Shown here one piece after another: positions 55,557 to 64,000 of a DNA stretch of 64,000 nucleotides (position 1 is the first letter of the stretch; every line of letters starts with the position of its first letter). Origin of the DNA: a virus; IMG/VR virus record IMGVR_UViG_3300045988_125874; one strand, 5' to 3'. The translations under genes were made by a program, and so were the position numbers. The notes under the pieces were generated by a model. It did no database searches and was not told the origin of the DNA. It saw only the letters and a program-made list of their open reading frames with translations.

Positions 55557-55831
55557 AATGATAGTCTTTTAATGTCATCTACTGATAGTTTGTCCTTATC
55601 TTTGGCATATTCAAAGAATCCTACTACAGGACATACACATTCGGGAATAGTATAATCATCAGTTTCAGGTAACGTTACCAATATACTAAGTCCTACACCA
55701 TTGATATATTCGCAAGAAACAAAATTGTCAAAGTCGATATATCTTTGCGCCTCCTTAGCTATAATGTCACAATTCTTTCGATATTCATCATAGCTTTTGA
55801 TAGTACTATTAATAAATTTATCTATATTCAT
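55553..55831 (-). CDS. Hypothetical protein (92 aa)
   Basis: ATGA overlap with the downstream gene. Confidence 0.5.
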   Translation of the reverse strand: MNIDKFINSTIKSYDEYRKNCDIIAKEAQRYIDFDNFVSCEYINGVGLSILVTLPETDDYTIPECVCPVVGFFEYAKDKDKLSVDDIKRLSL

Positions 55832-55842
55832 TTCTGTTTTAG

Positions 55843-56100
55843 TTATTTAGTTACTATTGTTCTATCACTCCTTACCACTTTCATCTTAGGCTTCTTAAAC
55901 TGTTTGTCGCATGATGTATAAGGAAGCCAATACGATCTATCTTCATATAAATACTGATCTATTGGAACAAGATGAAATAGCTCATTGTCAAAATCTACCC
56001 CTATCAGCATACACTCTATATCAACTTCAGGATGCTTCTGGTGATAGACGATAATTTCACTATGTCGATAGGAGTAATGAATAAATTGATTGCGGGTCAT
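55843..56100 (-). CDS. Hypothetical protein (85 aa)
   Basis: ORF in the packed array. Confidence 0.5.
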   Translation of the reverse strand: MTRNQFIHYSYRHSEIIVYHQKHPEVDIECMLIGVDFDNELFHLVPIDQYLYEDRSYWLPYTSCDKQFKKPKMKVVRSDRTIVTK

Positions 56101-56179
56101 GATTAGATCATTTTTCGTTTTTAAGTTCCTCTAATATTTTATTTCTCCTGATAATCCCATACGATAATGTGGAAGGGGA

Positions 56180-56482
56180 TTACGTATCTTCATTTTCGGC
56201 AGTTTCAGCTATATTCTTCAACTCTTCAAATGACGGAATCCAGCCGGTAGGCATAATCCCTGAAGCGTTAATATATTGTATGGCAACCTCATATTTCTGT
56301 TTCGCAATTTCAATCATGCTGTTAGCTAAATTGATATTGTTCTTTTTGTTTCCTACGTAATCAGGCACCGGTTCTTCCCGTTTGATCTTTGCGTTTTTCA
56401 AAAGAATAAGAACTTGGTTTATCTCCCGCAGATGGGTGACTGTAGAGGTAAAGGCGTAATGGTATTCACTGTATTTGCTCAT
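56180..56482 (-). CDS. Hypothetical protein (100 aa)
   Basis: Preceded by junction motif TTAGCGTAAAACAAAATAG. Confidence 0.5.
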   Translation of the reverse strand: MSKYSEYHYAFTSTVTHLREINQVLILLKNAKIKREEPVPDYVGNKKNNINLANSMIEIAKQKYEVAIQYINASGIMPTGWIPSFEELKNIAETAENEDT

Positions 56483-56503
56483 ATCTATTTTGTTTTACGC
56501 TAA

Positions 56504-56725
56504 TCAAAAAGCACCGCCATCACAAGCAAATAAAATGGAATCTACAACTCTATATTTATCTATTCGACCATCTTCCGTTTCACATGAAGGATTTTCCTTG
56601 CTTCCTTTCAATATATTCAAATTACCGTCAGCAAAGAGTATGAGATTCTTAGGTTTCTTTCGGATTAACTTCTTCAGCTCTTTAATCCATTCCTCTTCTT
56701 TCTTCGTTAGTTTGATTATTTCCAT
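56504..56725 (-). CDS. Hypothetical protein (73 aa)
   Basis: Preceded by junction motif TTAACGTAAAACAAAATAG. Confidence 0.5.
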   Translation of the reverse strand: MEIIKLTKKEEEWIKELKKLIRKKPKNLILFADGNLNILKGSKENPSCETEDGRIDKYRVVDSILFACDGGAF

Positions 56726-56751
56726 AATGTCCCTTTCTATTTTGTTTTACG

Positions 56752-56984
56752 TTAACCTTCTACTGTTTTAAACAGAGTAACTATCTTAATCCATCTCTTA
56801 CGCTCACCCAAAGTCTTTGCAGCTTCCATTTGAGCTTGTTGATAATGACAATGCGATTTGTCGAGAATGCCATCAAGCCAATATTTTTTTATATTCCTCT
56901 GTCCGGTAAGCTAATCTGAAGGTCTCCGTGAATAAAACGTTGTCTATTTCAAATTGAACAAAGAAGTTGTCTGTTTTAAGCATA
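56752..56984 (-). pseudogene. Small gene (about 77 codons) split by a frameshift at an A7/T7 homopolymer (56884-56890)
   Basis: Frame 1: MLKTDNFFVQFEIDNVLFTETFRLAYRTEEYKK... Removing one A continues into ...YWLDGILDKSHCHYQQAQMEAAKTLGERKRWIKIVTLFKTVEG. Same junction motif upstream. Confidence 0.4.
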
Positions 56985-57164
56985 GATGTTCCTTTCTAAT
57001 TTGTTTTACGTTAATCAATTGCAGGTTCATACGTGTAGTATTTCCATCCTTTATAAGAGTTTTTCCAATTACAATAGTCTGATGCATCTTTTTCTTCAAA
57101 AAATACAGCTACGTTGTGTCCGTAACAGTCATACACTCTATATTTCTTCATATCTCTTTTGTCT

Positions 57165-57413
57165 TTAATATGGGTTTATACAATTTTTCAAAGCGTTCTC
57201 CCACTCATCCTCTGTTATTTGGATCATATCATCATAAAGATTAAATCCTATAATGTAACATCCTCTCTTATAGTTATTTTCGATATATTCACAATGAAAA
57301 TATCGAGATTCTTTATCAAACATACCTTCAGGGGTTAGTTGAAATATCTTCTTTCCTTCCTTATACCACCTGTGAGGTATTTTCTTGTTGAAATGTTTTA
57401 CAAAAGTGCTCAT
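57165..57413 (-). CDS. Hypothetical protein (82 aa)
   Basis: Preceded by junction motif TTTGCGTAAAACAAATTAA. Confidence 0.5.
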   Translation of the reverse strand: MSTFVKHFNKKIPHRWYKEGKKIFQLTPEGMFDKESRYFHCEYIENNYKRGCYIIGFNLYDDMIQITEDEWENALKNCINPY

Positions 57414-57471
57414 ATTTAATTTGTTTTACGCAAATCCTTGATAATTCTTCAAGAACTTGCAAGGTTTTACT

Positions 57472-57954
57472 CTAATTGATTCGTATATACTTACCTGCGA
57501 TATCGCAAGTTCTTAATATATCGGCATTATCTTCGCCGAAAGCGATTAGGATACTTCCGCAACCGGGCGAATCTCCACGAGTCCCATCAGGTCGGAAGAA
57601 CCTAATCCGGTTACGTAGAAATTTCATAGCTGTTGCTTTTTCAAAGATGACATCTTGGAACATCTTACTATCGCAGCGGTTGAATAGTAGAGCGATGCCG
57701 TTACCGTGTTCTGCCAGACGTTTAACGAAACGTTCTATTAGAGGACGGGAGTAAGGTGGATTTAGCCAAACACGACCTACCCAATCTTTAGTTAATCCGT
57801 CATGGTTCTTGTTGTACATTTGTGTAGCTGTTTGCCAAAGCGGTTTAACCGGAGCGCATGGATCTAAATCGAACTTTCCCAATGCGTCTATAATTTCTTT
57901 TGGCGTGTACCATTCATCGGTGGTATTAACCGATTTCTCAAAGGTTGTATTCAT
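57472..57954 (-). CDS. dam: Phage-type DNA N6-adenine methyltransferase
   Basis: DEWYTPKEIIDALGKFDLDPCA and WLNPPYS (NPPY catalytic motif). Confidence 0.8.
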   Translation of the reverse strand: MNTTFEKSVNTTDEWYTPKEIIDALGKFDLDPCAPVKPLWQTATQMYNKNHDGLTKDWVGRVWLNPPYSRPLIERFVKRLAEHGNGIALLFNRCDSKMFQDVIFEKATAMKFLRNRIRFFRPDGTRGDSPGCGSILIAFGEDNADILRTCDIAGKYIRIN

Positions 57955-57964
57955 TGAAAATATT

Positions 57965-58066
57965 TTAATTAATTGTATCCATCAAGTGGTCCGCTATCGC
58001 ATACACCACCAGGTAAAATAAGATGTTCACTCCTAGGAGAAGGAGGATGTTTAGGAGTATTCTCAT
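57965..58066 (-). CDS. Small hydrophobic peptide (33 aa, MRILLNILLLLGVNILFYLVVYAIA...), below the ORF-track cutoff
   Basis: Starts 2 nt after the upstream stop and ends 10 nt before the dam start. Confidence 0.3.
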   Translation of the reverse strand: MRILLNILLLLGVNILFYLVVYAIADHLMDTIN

Positions 58067-58068
58067 AA

Positions 58069-58473
58069 CTAATCCAGCTTCTCGTTACTTTCGAAAATAT
58101 GAGCAAACGTACTTTTTTCATCTGATAGATCGAGTCCAAGTTGTGAAGGGTGACGTTTGATGTAATTATAAAATGCGAACATCTTCTTGTCATCGTCACC
58201 GCAGCGGTCTACCAACAGCCGGATGAAAGCCAGAAGACAATCGGAGTCGTTTCCGAAGTTTTCCTGTGTGGAGAACTGTGTTTTATCCACATCTTGTTTC
58301 AATTTCCGGATCGCGGCTATTGCTGTGTTGAAATTGCGTTTCGCATCGTGGCGTAATTCATAGCCTTGCTTTCCCATTTCGCTTCTCAAATCATAGAGAA
58401 GGGTTTCTACGACATCTGTCAACACGTATGCTAGGTTGAGGGTCGTATTAAGATTTGTTGTTCCTACTAACAT
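58069..58473 (-). CDS. Hypothetical protein (134 aa)
   Basis: ORF in the early array. Confidence 0.55.
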   Translation of the reverse strand: MLVGTTNLNTTLNLAYVLTDVVETLLYDLRSEMGKQGYELRHDAKRNFNTAIAAIRKLKQDVDKTQFSTQENFGNDSDCLLAFIRLLVDRCGDDDKKMFAFYNYIKRHPSQLGLDLSDEKSTFAHIFESNEKLD

Positions 58474-58586
58474 GATTTATTATACATTTTTCAATTCCAC
58501 TTATGCGCCATGAACTTTTCGATGGCTGCTTTACTTTAGTGTACAACGAGCATCGTTTGCATATAGGCTTCAGATGCCTTCCGTCG

Positions 58587-58742
58587 TAATGAATACCGTT
58601 ACAGATTACCGGATAACTTTGGAGTATCATCTGTTCGGTTATTGGCATTGTGATTTAGTAGGTAGATAACAGGCATGAGAATAGATTGAGTGAGCCTGTT
58701 GAGTACCACTTCTTTTTCAGTTAATTTTCTTCTTGTTTTCAT
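58587..58742 (-). CDS. Small protein (51 aa, MKTRRKLTEKEV...) defined by the conserved leader; competes with overlapping ORF 58448-58648
   Basis: The leader ATAAGAGCAATGAAAAC sits at 58742. The two ORFs overlap by 62 nt in different frames. Confidence 0.35.
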
Positions 58743-58864
58743 TGCTCTTATATTTTATATGTTTCTGATTTACAGGTGTAAAGTTACTTGATTTGTAGCT
58801 TGTAAACAAACGTTACTTTTCTTATTTGCATAGCTTTAGATTAAATTACCCTGTTGCAAATCAG

Positions 58865-59653
58865 CTATTTCCTTCTGCTATTTCCTGTAAGGGGGATGAG
58901 ATTGAAACTCTTGAATCGGTCAACAAGTCGATCAGCAAAACGCTTTTTAAATTCTTCTGCATCAAGATTGCTTGTTATGTGATACATCTTGCCAAATTGC
59001 TGGTAAATCTCATATCTTGCATATAAAAATTCATCTATCACACTGTTTAGACTAGTGCCATAACTTTTCTGATTCTCCGTTTCCAGCCCTATATCGTTCA
59101 AGCAGATATTAAACGGCTCCGGTTTAAACCCTTTCGATTGTCCTTCATTGAACGTATGTCGATCTATATGACCATTCATCTTGTAATAGTTCATCATTTG
59201 AGTAACCGATAGGTTCTCAAAAGTATTCGGGTTATGAGTCAATCGTAAATAATCAGAAAAAATCTGCATAAGCATCGTTTTACCGGTACCGGGTTCTCCG
59301 ACAAGTAGCAGGTTTTTATGGATTTTGTAATCTTCATCTGGGAAAACCTGTTCTGCATACCGGCATCCATTGAAGTAGTAAAGCAGGAAAGACAACACCT
59401 TTGAGTTGTTTTCGTCTACTTCAAACTCTCTGAATTCACGTCCCATATAGTTATTCCCGATATACCTGATAAAATCACGATGGGCATAAAACTCATTGGG
59501 ATTCGTCAAGTCATATTCAAAATCTTGAAGAATAGTCTTTCTGTGGCGCTCTATCAGATTCCCGATCTGCTCCTTTTTCAGCTTTGCTGCAAATGAATTT
59601 CTCTGTTGGACCTGTTGTAGTTGATCCGATAGTTCCTTTTCCAGAATTTCCAT
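58865..59653 (-). CDS. DnaC/IstB-like AAA+ ATPase (helicase loader candidate)
   Basis: Walker A LLLVGEPGTGKTMLM. Walker B-like FNICLNDIG. Downstream of the replisome-organiser gene. Confidence 0.7.
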   Translation of the reverse strand: MEILEKELSDQLQQVQQRNSFAAKLKKEQIGNLIERHRKTILQDFEYDLTNPNEFYAHRDFIRYIGNNYMGREFREFEVDENNSKVLSFLLYYFNGCRYAEQVFPDEDYKIHKNLLLVGEPGTGKTMLMQIFSDYLRLTHNPNTFENLSVTQMMNYYKMNGHIDRHTFNEGQSKGFKPEPFNICLNDIGLETENQKSYGTSLNSVIDEFLYARYEIYQQFGKMYHITSNLDAEEFKKRFADRLVDRFKSFNLIPLTGNSRRK

Positions 59654-60524
59654 TTTTTGCCTTAGAAACGATTTCGTTATACTTCGAGTTAATATTAGCT
59701 ACGCTAAAGTTATCCAGTAACCAACTATCCTTGACGGACGTGAGGAATACTTGGAGAGCGTACAACACAGAGGCATCATCAACGGGAATATGTCTTTGTT
59801 CCCGTGAAAATGTTAGCTTACGAAGCAACTGGGACATATTGCCGGCATCTTTGGCAGTCCAGTAATATTCTTCGCCAAAAGTATTTCTGAAATGTTCTTC
59901 AAAAGCCTTTCGAGCGTTAGCATTTAGGCTATTAGCCCGTTTAGGCTTTGCAGGATTGTCTTTAGCAATCTTTTCTTCAAGTTCCTTAATTCTGGCTAAA
60001 GCCTCATTCAAGGCATGATCTTTTTCAGAAATGACTTTTTCTAAATCCTCAACCCCCTTGGGGGGTATGGGGGGAATATTATTATTTTCTATTTCTTCTT
60101 CTATTTCTATTTTAGGAATGGATTGTTCCGTGATTAATCCGTGATTAATCCGTGATTGTTCCGTGATTTTAGATAAACCCTTAAATAGTAGCTCTTTAGG
60201 CACATTTACATCTTCAAAATTTGGCTTATTTATCTTTTGGTGCAGACTAAACTTAGGCAGATAATAGAATTCCTCACCGCGATATGAGAACAGACTAATA
60301 AATCCATTTCTTAGAATCTCCTGACAAATTTTCTCAAACTGTTGAATCTGTATTTGGTCAAAAGGAAATATTTTAGACTTTAACCAAACCATATCGGCAC
60401 GGATTACCCCCAAGTCATCACAGAAGTTCCACATGCCTATATAGAGAAGTCGAGCATCCCTACTAATTTTAGCTATTTTGGAATCATCCCAGAATTGTGG
60501 TTTTATCATCCGATTTCTTGGCAT
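59517..60524 (-). CDS. Putative replication initiator / replisome organiser
   Basis: N-terminus MIKPQFWDDSKIAKISRDARLLYIGMWNFCDDLGV is typical of phage replication-organiser N-terminal domains. Followed by the DnaC-like gene. Confidence 0.5.
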   Translation of the reverse strand: MPRNRMIKPQFWDDSKIAKISRDARLLYIGMWNFCDDLGVIRADMVWLKSKIFPFDQIQIQQFEKICQEILRNGFISLFSYRGEEFYYLPKFSLHQKINKPNFEDVNVPKELLFKGLSKITEQSRINHGLITEQSIPKIEIEEEIENNNIPPIPPKGVEDLEKVISEKDHALNEALARIKELEEKIAKDNPAKPKRANSLNANARKAFEEHFRNTFGEEYYWTAKDAGNMSQLLRKLTFSREQRHIPVDDASVLYALQVFLTSVKDSWLLDNFSVANINSKYNEIVSKAKNGNSGKGTIGSTTTGPTEKFICSKAEKGADRESDRAPQKDYSSRF

Positions 60525-60688
60525 ATTAATAAGGTATTATCCATCCATAACATAATTCATGGTCAGTTATAAAAGAAGCTCTATATTTTCATTGTTTCTA
60601 TTTGTGGAACTCGGAAACAACTACTCATACAGAGCTGACTTATATTTTCCTATACGAGAGTTCCACCAATCGCATCAATTATTTTCAC

Positions 60689-60730
60689 GGTGTAAAACTA
60701 ATCAAAAGTGACGTAAACTCAATCACTTTT
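60689..60730 (-). promoter_or_regulatory. Conserved promoter/operator, copy 4 of 4
   Basis: Minus strand AAAAGTGATTGAGTTTACGTCACTTTTGATTAGTTTTACACC. 165 nt upstream of the replication gene. Confidence 0.55.
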
Positions 60731-60761
60731 GATCTATTATTTTTTCGTGATTAACTTTATT

Positions 60762-61214
60762 TTAATATCCAGTCTTATTTAACCGCAAAGCTTCCTTTTC
60801 ATAACTCAATAGAGTACGTAATGCGTCTAACTGATGAGTTGCTGAAGCGTTAAGTCGATCTAGTCGATCCACTAAGAATGATTCGTTTTCTGCAATACTA
60901 TCAAGTAGGGCGTTTTGTACTTTTGCAGACAAGCAGTTTTCCTGTGCTATCTTAATAATAGTGTTTTGTATTTCATCCGATTTTCTTTTGCGAAGCATTC
61001 TTTTAGCATCTGCAAGCATTTCACCGGTTCTTACTACATATACCATAGTAGCTGCAATCCTTTCCTGTATTTCTACAGGGTTGTTTTGGCATGTAATATT
61101 TAGGAATCCACTTATTTCTTCCATTTCTTGTATGATAGGGAGTAGGGGACAGTCGTTTATTTTACACGAGCCTGTACCATCATTTTTAGGGCAGTATTTA
61201 CAGTTTATTTCCAT
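60762..61214 (-). CDS. Hypothetical protein (150 aa, N-terminal Cys cluster)
   Basis: CKYCPKNDGTGSCKINDC at the N-terminus. Confidence 0.55.
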   Translation of the reverse strand: MEINCKYCPKNDGTGSCKINDCPLLPIIQEMEEISGFLNITCQNNPVEIQERIAATMVYVVRTGEMLADAKRMLRKRKSDEIQNTIIKIAQENCLSAKVQNALLDSIAENESFLVDRLDRLNASATHQLDALRTLLSYEKEALRLNKTGY

Positions 61215-61226
61215 AATGATGTAATA

Positions 61227-61568
61227 TTAATCTTTAGGTGAAAATTCATATTTGAGCTCTTTATCGTCAAGTATGTATTTTTTGAATAACTCATTTGCAT
61301 CTATTCCGTTATGTTCCAGATATAAGATGTAAGTATAAAAAAGAGCAGCTGCACTTCCTTCTGTCAAATACATATTCGTTTGGGTAGCGCGTCCGGAACT
61401 TTGAGGATTTTCTACCGATAACAGGTAGGCATCTTCTTCTGTATACGCAACGGTAACAAGACGGTGATCTGCAAATTCGCACCTAACCATATTATTGATT
61501 GCTACTTTTCTTGCAGATTCATTATCAAATCCAAGGGTAATTTCACCAATGTTTTTACTTTCTTCCAT
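61227..61568 (-). CDS. Hypothetical protein (113 aa)
   Basis: ORF in the packed array. Confidence 0.5.
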   Translation of the reverse strand: MEESKNIGEITLGFDNESARKVAINNMVRCEFADHRLVTVAYTEEDAYLLSVENPQSSGRATQTNMYLTEGSAAALFYTYILYLEHNGIDANELFKKYILDDKELKYEFSPKD

Positions 61569-61576
61569 AAGAGGTA

Positions 61577-62134
61577 CTATGCTTTTATAGAGTCGTTAAT
61601 GTATGATGCCAACATTTCTCCTAATGTATGAAAACGTCTCAAACCTGCTAAAACAAGACTACCGCTCATTCCACTGTGACCTTGTTTAAAGAATAAAGAT
61701 CGGCATATTTCAAATCTTTCCAACTCTTCTTTGGATGTATCATTCAATATCTCAATAAATGTCAACCAGCAGTCAAGTTCCATGCCATGATACAGGTCAT
61801 TCAATCTGATAGGGACGATTTCATCCCAGTATTCTAAATGTTCTTCCGGGATGATGCCCCTTGCACGGTTTCTGTAATCTTCAGTTAATTGAGGAATTTT
61901 AGCTTTGAACTCCGCTTCCTTACGATCATACTCTTCATGCATTTTGCGGATATATCCATCGTGTTCCGCTTTTGACTTACCGGTCACTTTTATATACACT
62001 TCATCGAGAGAATCAGTAGAATACAACGTTTTCTCGTTAAATTCACCATAACATGGTGCATTGTCCTGCAATTCTTGATATGCTTTATCAAGATTGATTC
62101 CTGGGTAAAATTCAATCTTCTTCATTGGTTTCAT
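61577..62134 (-). CDS. Hypothetical protein (185 aa)
   Basis: ORF in the packed array. Confidence 0.55.
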   Translation of the reverse strand: MKPMKKIEFYPGINLDKAYQELQDNAPCYGEFNEKTLYSTDSLDEVYIKVTGKSKAEHDGYIRKMHEEYDRKEAEFKAKIPQLTEDYRNRARGIIPEEHLEYWDEIVPIRLNDLYHGMELDCWLTFIEILNDTSKEELERFEICRSLFFKQGHSGMSGSLVLAGLRRFHTLGEMLASYINDSIKA

Positions 62135-62327
62135 TAAAATAATTAATCATATCTTCATATTCTTCACTGGATATTTCTTTATAGAAGGTGATAATACAAA
62201 ATTCCAGAGAATCACCTTGCACAAACTTAAGTCTTTCAAGTATATTAAATCGTCCATTATCAGTGCAGCATACTGCATGACCTATTGTTTTACCACGTTG
62301 GTAAGTATAGTAATAGTACTTTTCCAT
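62112..62327 (-). CDS. Hypothetical protein (71 aa)
   Basis: SD AAGGAGAAATAAA-ATG. Confidence 0.5.
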   Translation of the reverse strand: MEKYYYYTYQRGKTIGHAVCCTDNGRFNILERLKFVQGDSLEFCIITFYKEISSEEYEDMINYFNETNEED

Positions 62328-62328
62328 T

Positions 62329-62664
62329 TTATTTCTCCTTCTTTAATTCTTTAATAAGAGCATCAGCAAATATAACTGCGGCACGTGCAATATTAGTTTG
62401 AATTTGTCTTTGACCATGCTCTGCTCCCTCACATAAAACCTGATGATAGAAATCTTCATTTGACATTATTGCAGTAACTGTTTCCTTTGCTATTTCATAA
62501 CGTCTCTGTTCCCAATCAATATTATCAGACCTTTCTTGAAGTATTTCAACATCATCAAAACTTAATTCAATAGGATTACCGTAACTATCACACTTATCAA
62601 GTGTGACACGTGCGTAATCAGCAATATTGATAATTTCTCCAGTTTCTTTTACTCTTACTTTCAT
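62329..62664 (-). CDS. Hypothetical protein, paralogue of 53896-54186
   Basis: Shared motifs MK.R.K.TGEI, IDWEQRRYE.AK and ADALIKELKK. Confidence 0.6.
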   Translation of the reverse strand: MKVRVKETGEIINIADYARVTLDKCDSYGNPIELSFDDVEILQERSDNIDWEQRRYEIAKETVTAIMSNEDFYHQVLCEGAEHGQRQIQTNIARAAVIFADALIKELKKEK

Positions 62665-62666
62665 AA

Positions 62667-63092
62667 CTATTCTTTAGTTTTAATACATCCGTTTTCAATA
62701 CACCAGCAAAGCATCTCGTAGGCTGCATTCAATGGATTTTCTGCCAATTTAGAAACAAATGGTTCACATATTCCTATCTGATAACTTATACGCCAAGGTC
62801 CAGCAAAAGTAGATTCAATGTGCAGCTTATATTTTGCACCAAAGTCATTTATGTATCGCGGTAACTTGCCGAGAATATCCTGCAAGGTGTAAGTAGGAAT
62901 TGATTCATACGACATAAACCCACAAGTTTGAAATGCCTTATGCAAGCTCAAAAACCATTTACCTTTTGATTTGTCATCAATACGGATTCCATGCGACACT
63001 CTCGCCCAATACATACTTGCATCACTTGTGTCCAATCTAAGTTCCTGTAAATGTTTCATCTGTTCGACTGATAATACTTGTTTTGATTTCAT
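62667..63092 (-). CDS. Hypothetical protein (141 aa)
   Basis: SD AAGGAGGAATAACT-ATG. Confidence 0.55.
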   Translation of the reverse strand: MKSKQVLSVEQMKHLQELRLDTSDASMYWARVSHGIRIDDKSKGKWFLSLHKAFQTCGFMSYESIPTYTLQDILGKLPRYINDFGAKYKLHIESTFAGPWRISYQIGICEPFVSKLAENPLNAAYEMLCWCIENGCIKTKE

Positions 63093-63094
63093 AG

Positions 63095-63295
63095 TTATTC
63101 CTCCTTATTTAAATCTTCACAATGCAACTTATAAGCATAGGCAAACATCTTCAAAGTAATAGGTTCAAAGTGAAAGTCTGCCTGCTTGCCCTCTACCACA
63201 ACAGAGACACACAAATCTCCATCACAAAAATCAATATATGCCACAGCATCATCATTTCCCTTGATAGAAAGGGTTTGTGTCTGTACGCTATCCAT
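63095..63295 (-). CDS. Hypothetical protein (66 aa)
   Basis: SD GAAGGAGGTGAACC-ATG. Confidence 0.5.
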   Translation of the reverse strand: MDSVQTQTLSIKGNDDAVAYIDFCDGDLCVSVVVEGKQADFHFEPITLKMFAYAYKLHCEDLNKEE

Positions 63296-63674
63296 GGTTC
63301 ACCTCCTTCTCTTTAATCCGTTCTAGTACATCTCTGTTGGCTTCGAGTATATCATCGAAAGACGGAATAGGTAACCAGGCTTTTATTACGCCTTCATCGT
63401 AAAATAGATGAGGATAATCCCTAGTTGATACAAACTTATTCCATCTTTTAAAGAAATAAACTTTCTCAACGACATCACCGTCAGTAACAAAGTAACACCC
63501 ATCCTCTTCCGGCAACCGCTCCTTAACGCTTATCCAAGGCGATTGCTTTGACTGCCATTGTGCACCTTGTCTGAATGCCTCTTTAACCAACCTCATTTCT
63601 AAGCTATTATCGTATTGGCATTCATAACAATCTTCTGCCGCTTCTTTTGCTGCTTCTTCCAATGTCTGTTTCAT
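63288..63674 (-). CDS. DUF551-like protein fused to an N-terminal module that is a separate gene in the other copy
   Basis: N-terminus matches 54532-54759; C-terminus matches 54189-54530. Confidence 0.6.
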   Translation of the reverse strand: MKQTLEEAAKEAAEDCYECQYDNSLEMRLVKEAFRQGAQWQSKQSPWISVKERLPEEDGCYFVTDGDVVEKVYFFKRWNKFVSTRDYPHLFYDEGVIKAWLPIPSFDDILEANRDVLERIKEKEVNHG

Positions 63675-63675
63675 A

Positions 63676-63870
63676 CTACTCTGTTTTACGATTTTCTCTT
63701 AATTTTTCTTCACTGACGGTCGTATTAGAAATTGTATTTGCATTATTGGGTTTGCAATACAAACACATTTGGGTAAAAGGTGAATATACCCTGCCACACT
63801 TCGGACAAATCCAACCTTGCTGCCCGAACACTCCGTTATACGGATTAACTGCGCTTGATTCTTGTTTCAT
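63676..63870 (-). CDS. Zinc-ribbon protein, paralogue of 55341-55556
   Basis: NPYNGVFGQQGWICPKCGRVYSPFTQMCLYCKPNN. Confidence 0.6.
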   Translation of the reverse strand: MKQESSAVNPYNGVFGQQGWICPKCGRVYSPFTQMCLYCKPNNANTISNTTVSEEKLRENRKTE

Positions 63871-64000
63871 AATTTGATATTTTAGTTATTTCTTATGATT
63901 AAGTCGTTTAATAGCGTCCTTTTTGGAATATGCCATAACTTTCTGTCCTTTTATGGTAAACTCTCTTAACTCTTTAACTGATGACTTAACTTTATAGTTA

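Larger units (their letters stand above)
45..64000. mobile_element. Integrated temperate tailed phage (prophage); one end at the tRNA, the other beyond the window
   Basis: Integrase next to a tRNA 3' end, followed by full lysis, tail, head, packaging and early-gene modules, nearly all co-directional. Confidence 0.85.

Noticed and set aside
56485-57434. CRISPR array formed by the 19-nt junction repeats.
   Set aside because: The spacers are 230-400 bp and contain ORFs with start signals. The repeats are short and imperfect, and no cas genes are present.
57969-58199. 76-aa minus-strand ORF overlapping the end of 58069-58473.
   Set aside because: It overlaps a better-supported gene out of frame. 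The gap is better explained by the 33-codon hydrophobic ORF at 57965-58066.

Overview
The window is almost entirely one integrated temperate tailed phage (siphovirus-like, low GC). Its promoters match the Bacteroidales consensus (TTTG-N19-TAnnTTTG). One end sits at the 3' end of a host tRNA (nt 1-44), next to a tyrosine integrase. The other end lies beyond nt 64000. Apart from the integrase and one two-gene moron, all genes are on the minus strand. Reading along the minus strand (high to low coordinates):
- Early and replication genes (64000-47457): many small ORFs, a replisome organiser, a DnaC-like ATPase, a Dam-type methyltransferase, and DUF3560, ASCH, DUF488 and YopX proteins.
- An array of four tRNA or tRNA-like genes (47396-46866).
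- A GNAT / racemase-like / amidoligase-like enzyme cluster (46640-42801).
- An HNH homing endonuclease, a ParB-like protein, and the small and large terminase subunits.
- Portal and head module.
- Tail module: major tail protein, tape measure, and an 1806-aa hub/fibre protein with collagen-like repeats.
- A lysis cassette embedded among the tail genes (M15 endolysin, holin, membrane proteins).
- Fibre and beta-helix proteins.
- An eight-gene cargo module of unknown function.
- An NYN-nuclease gene with its own promoter.

The points most worth follow-up are:
1. A minor-head (MuF/gp7) protein is fused to a RelA/SpoT-synthetase-like domain, with a small alarmone hydrolase just downstream.
2. The amidoligase/racemase/GNAT cluster lies directly downstream of a very unusual tRNA array. 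Two of its tRNA-like genes are 151 and 187 nt long, and one tRNA has a 6- or 8-nt anticodon loop.
3. A perfect 71-nt tRNA-like cloverleaf lies between the major tail and chaperone genes.
4. A DUF2829 (Tad2-family) gene is inserted in the head module.
5. An opposite-strand moron with a textbook promoter and terminator carries an HsdR-N/PD-(D/E)xK protein.
6. Several families of conserved promoter, operator and gene-junction motifs recur through the phage.

All functional calls come from motif recognition by eye; no database search was run.
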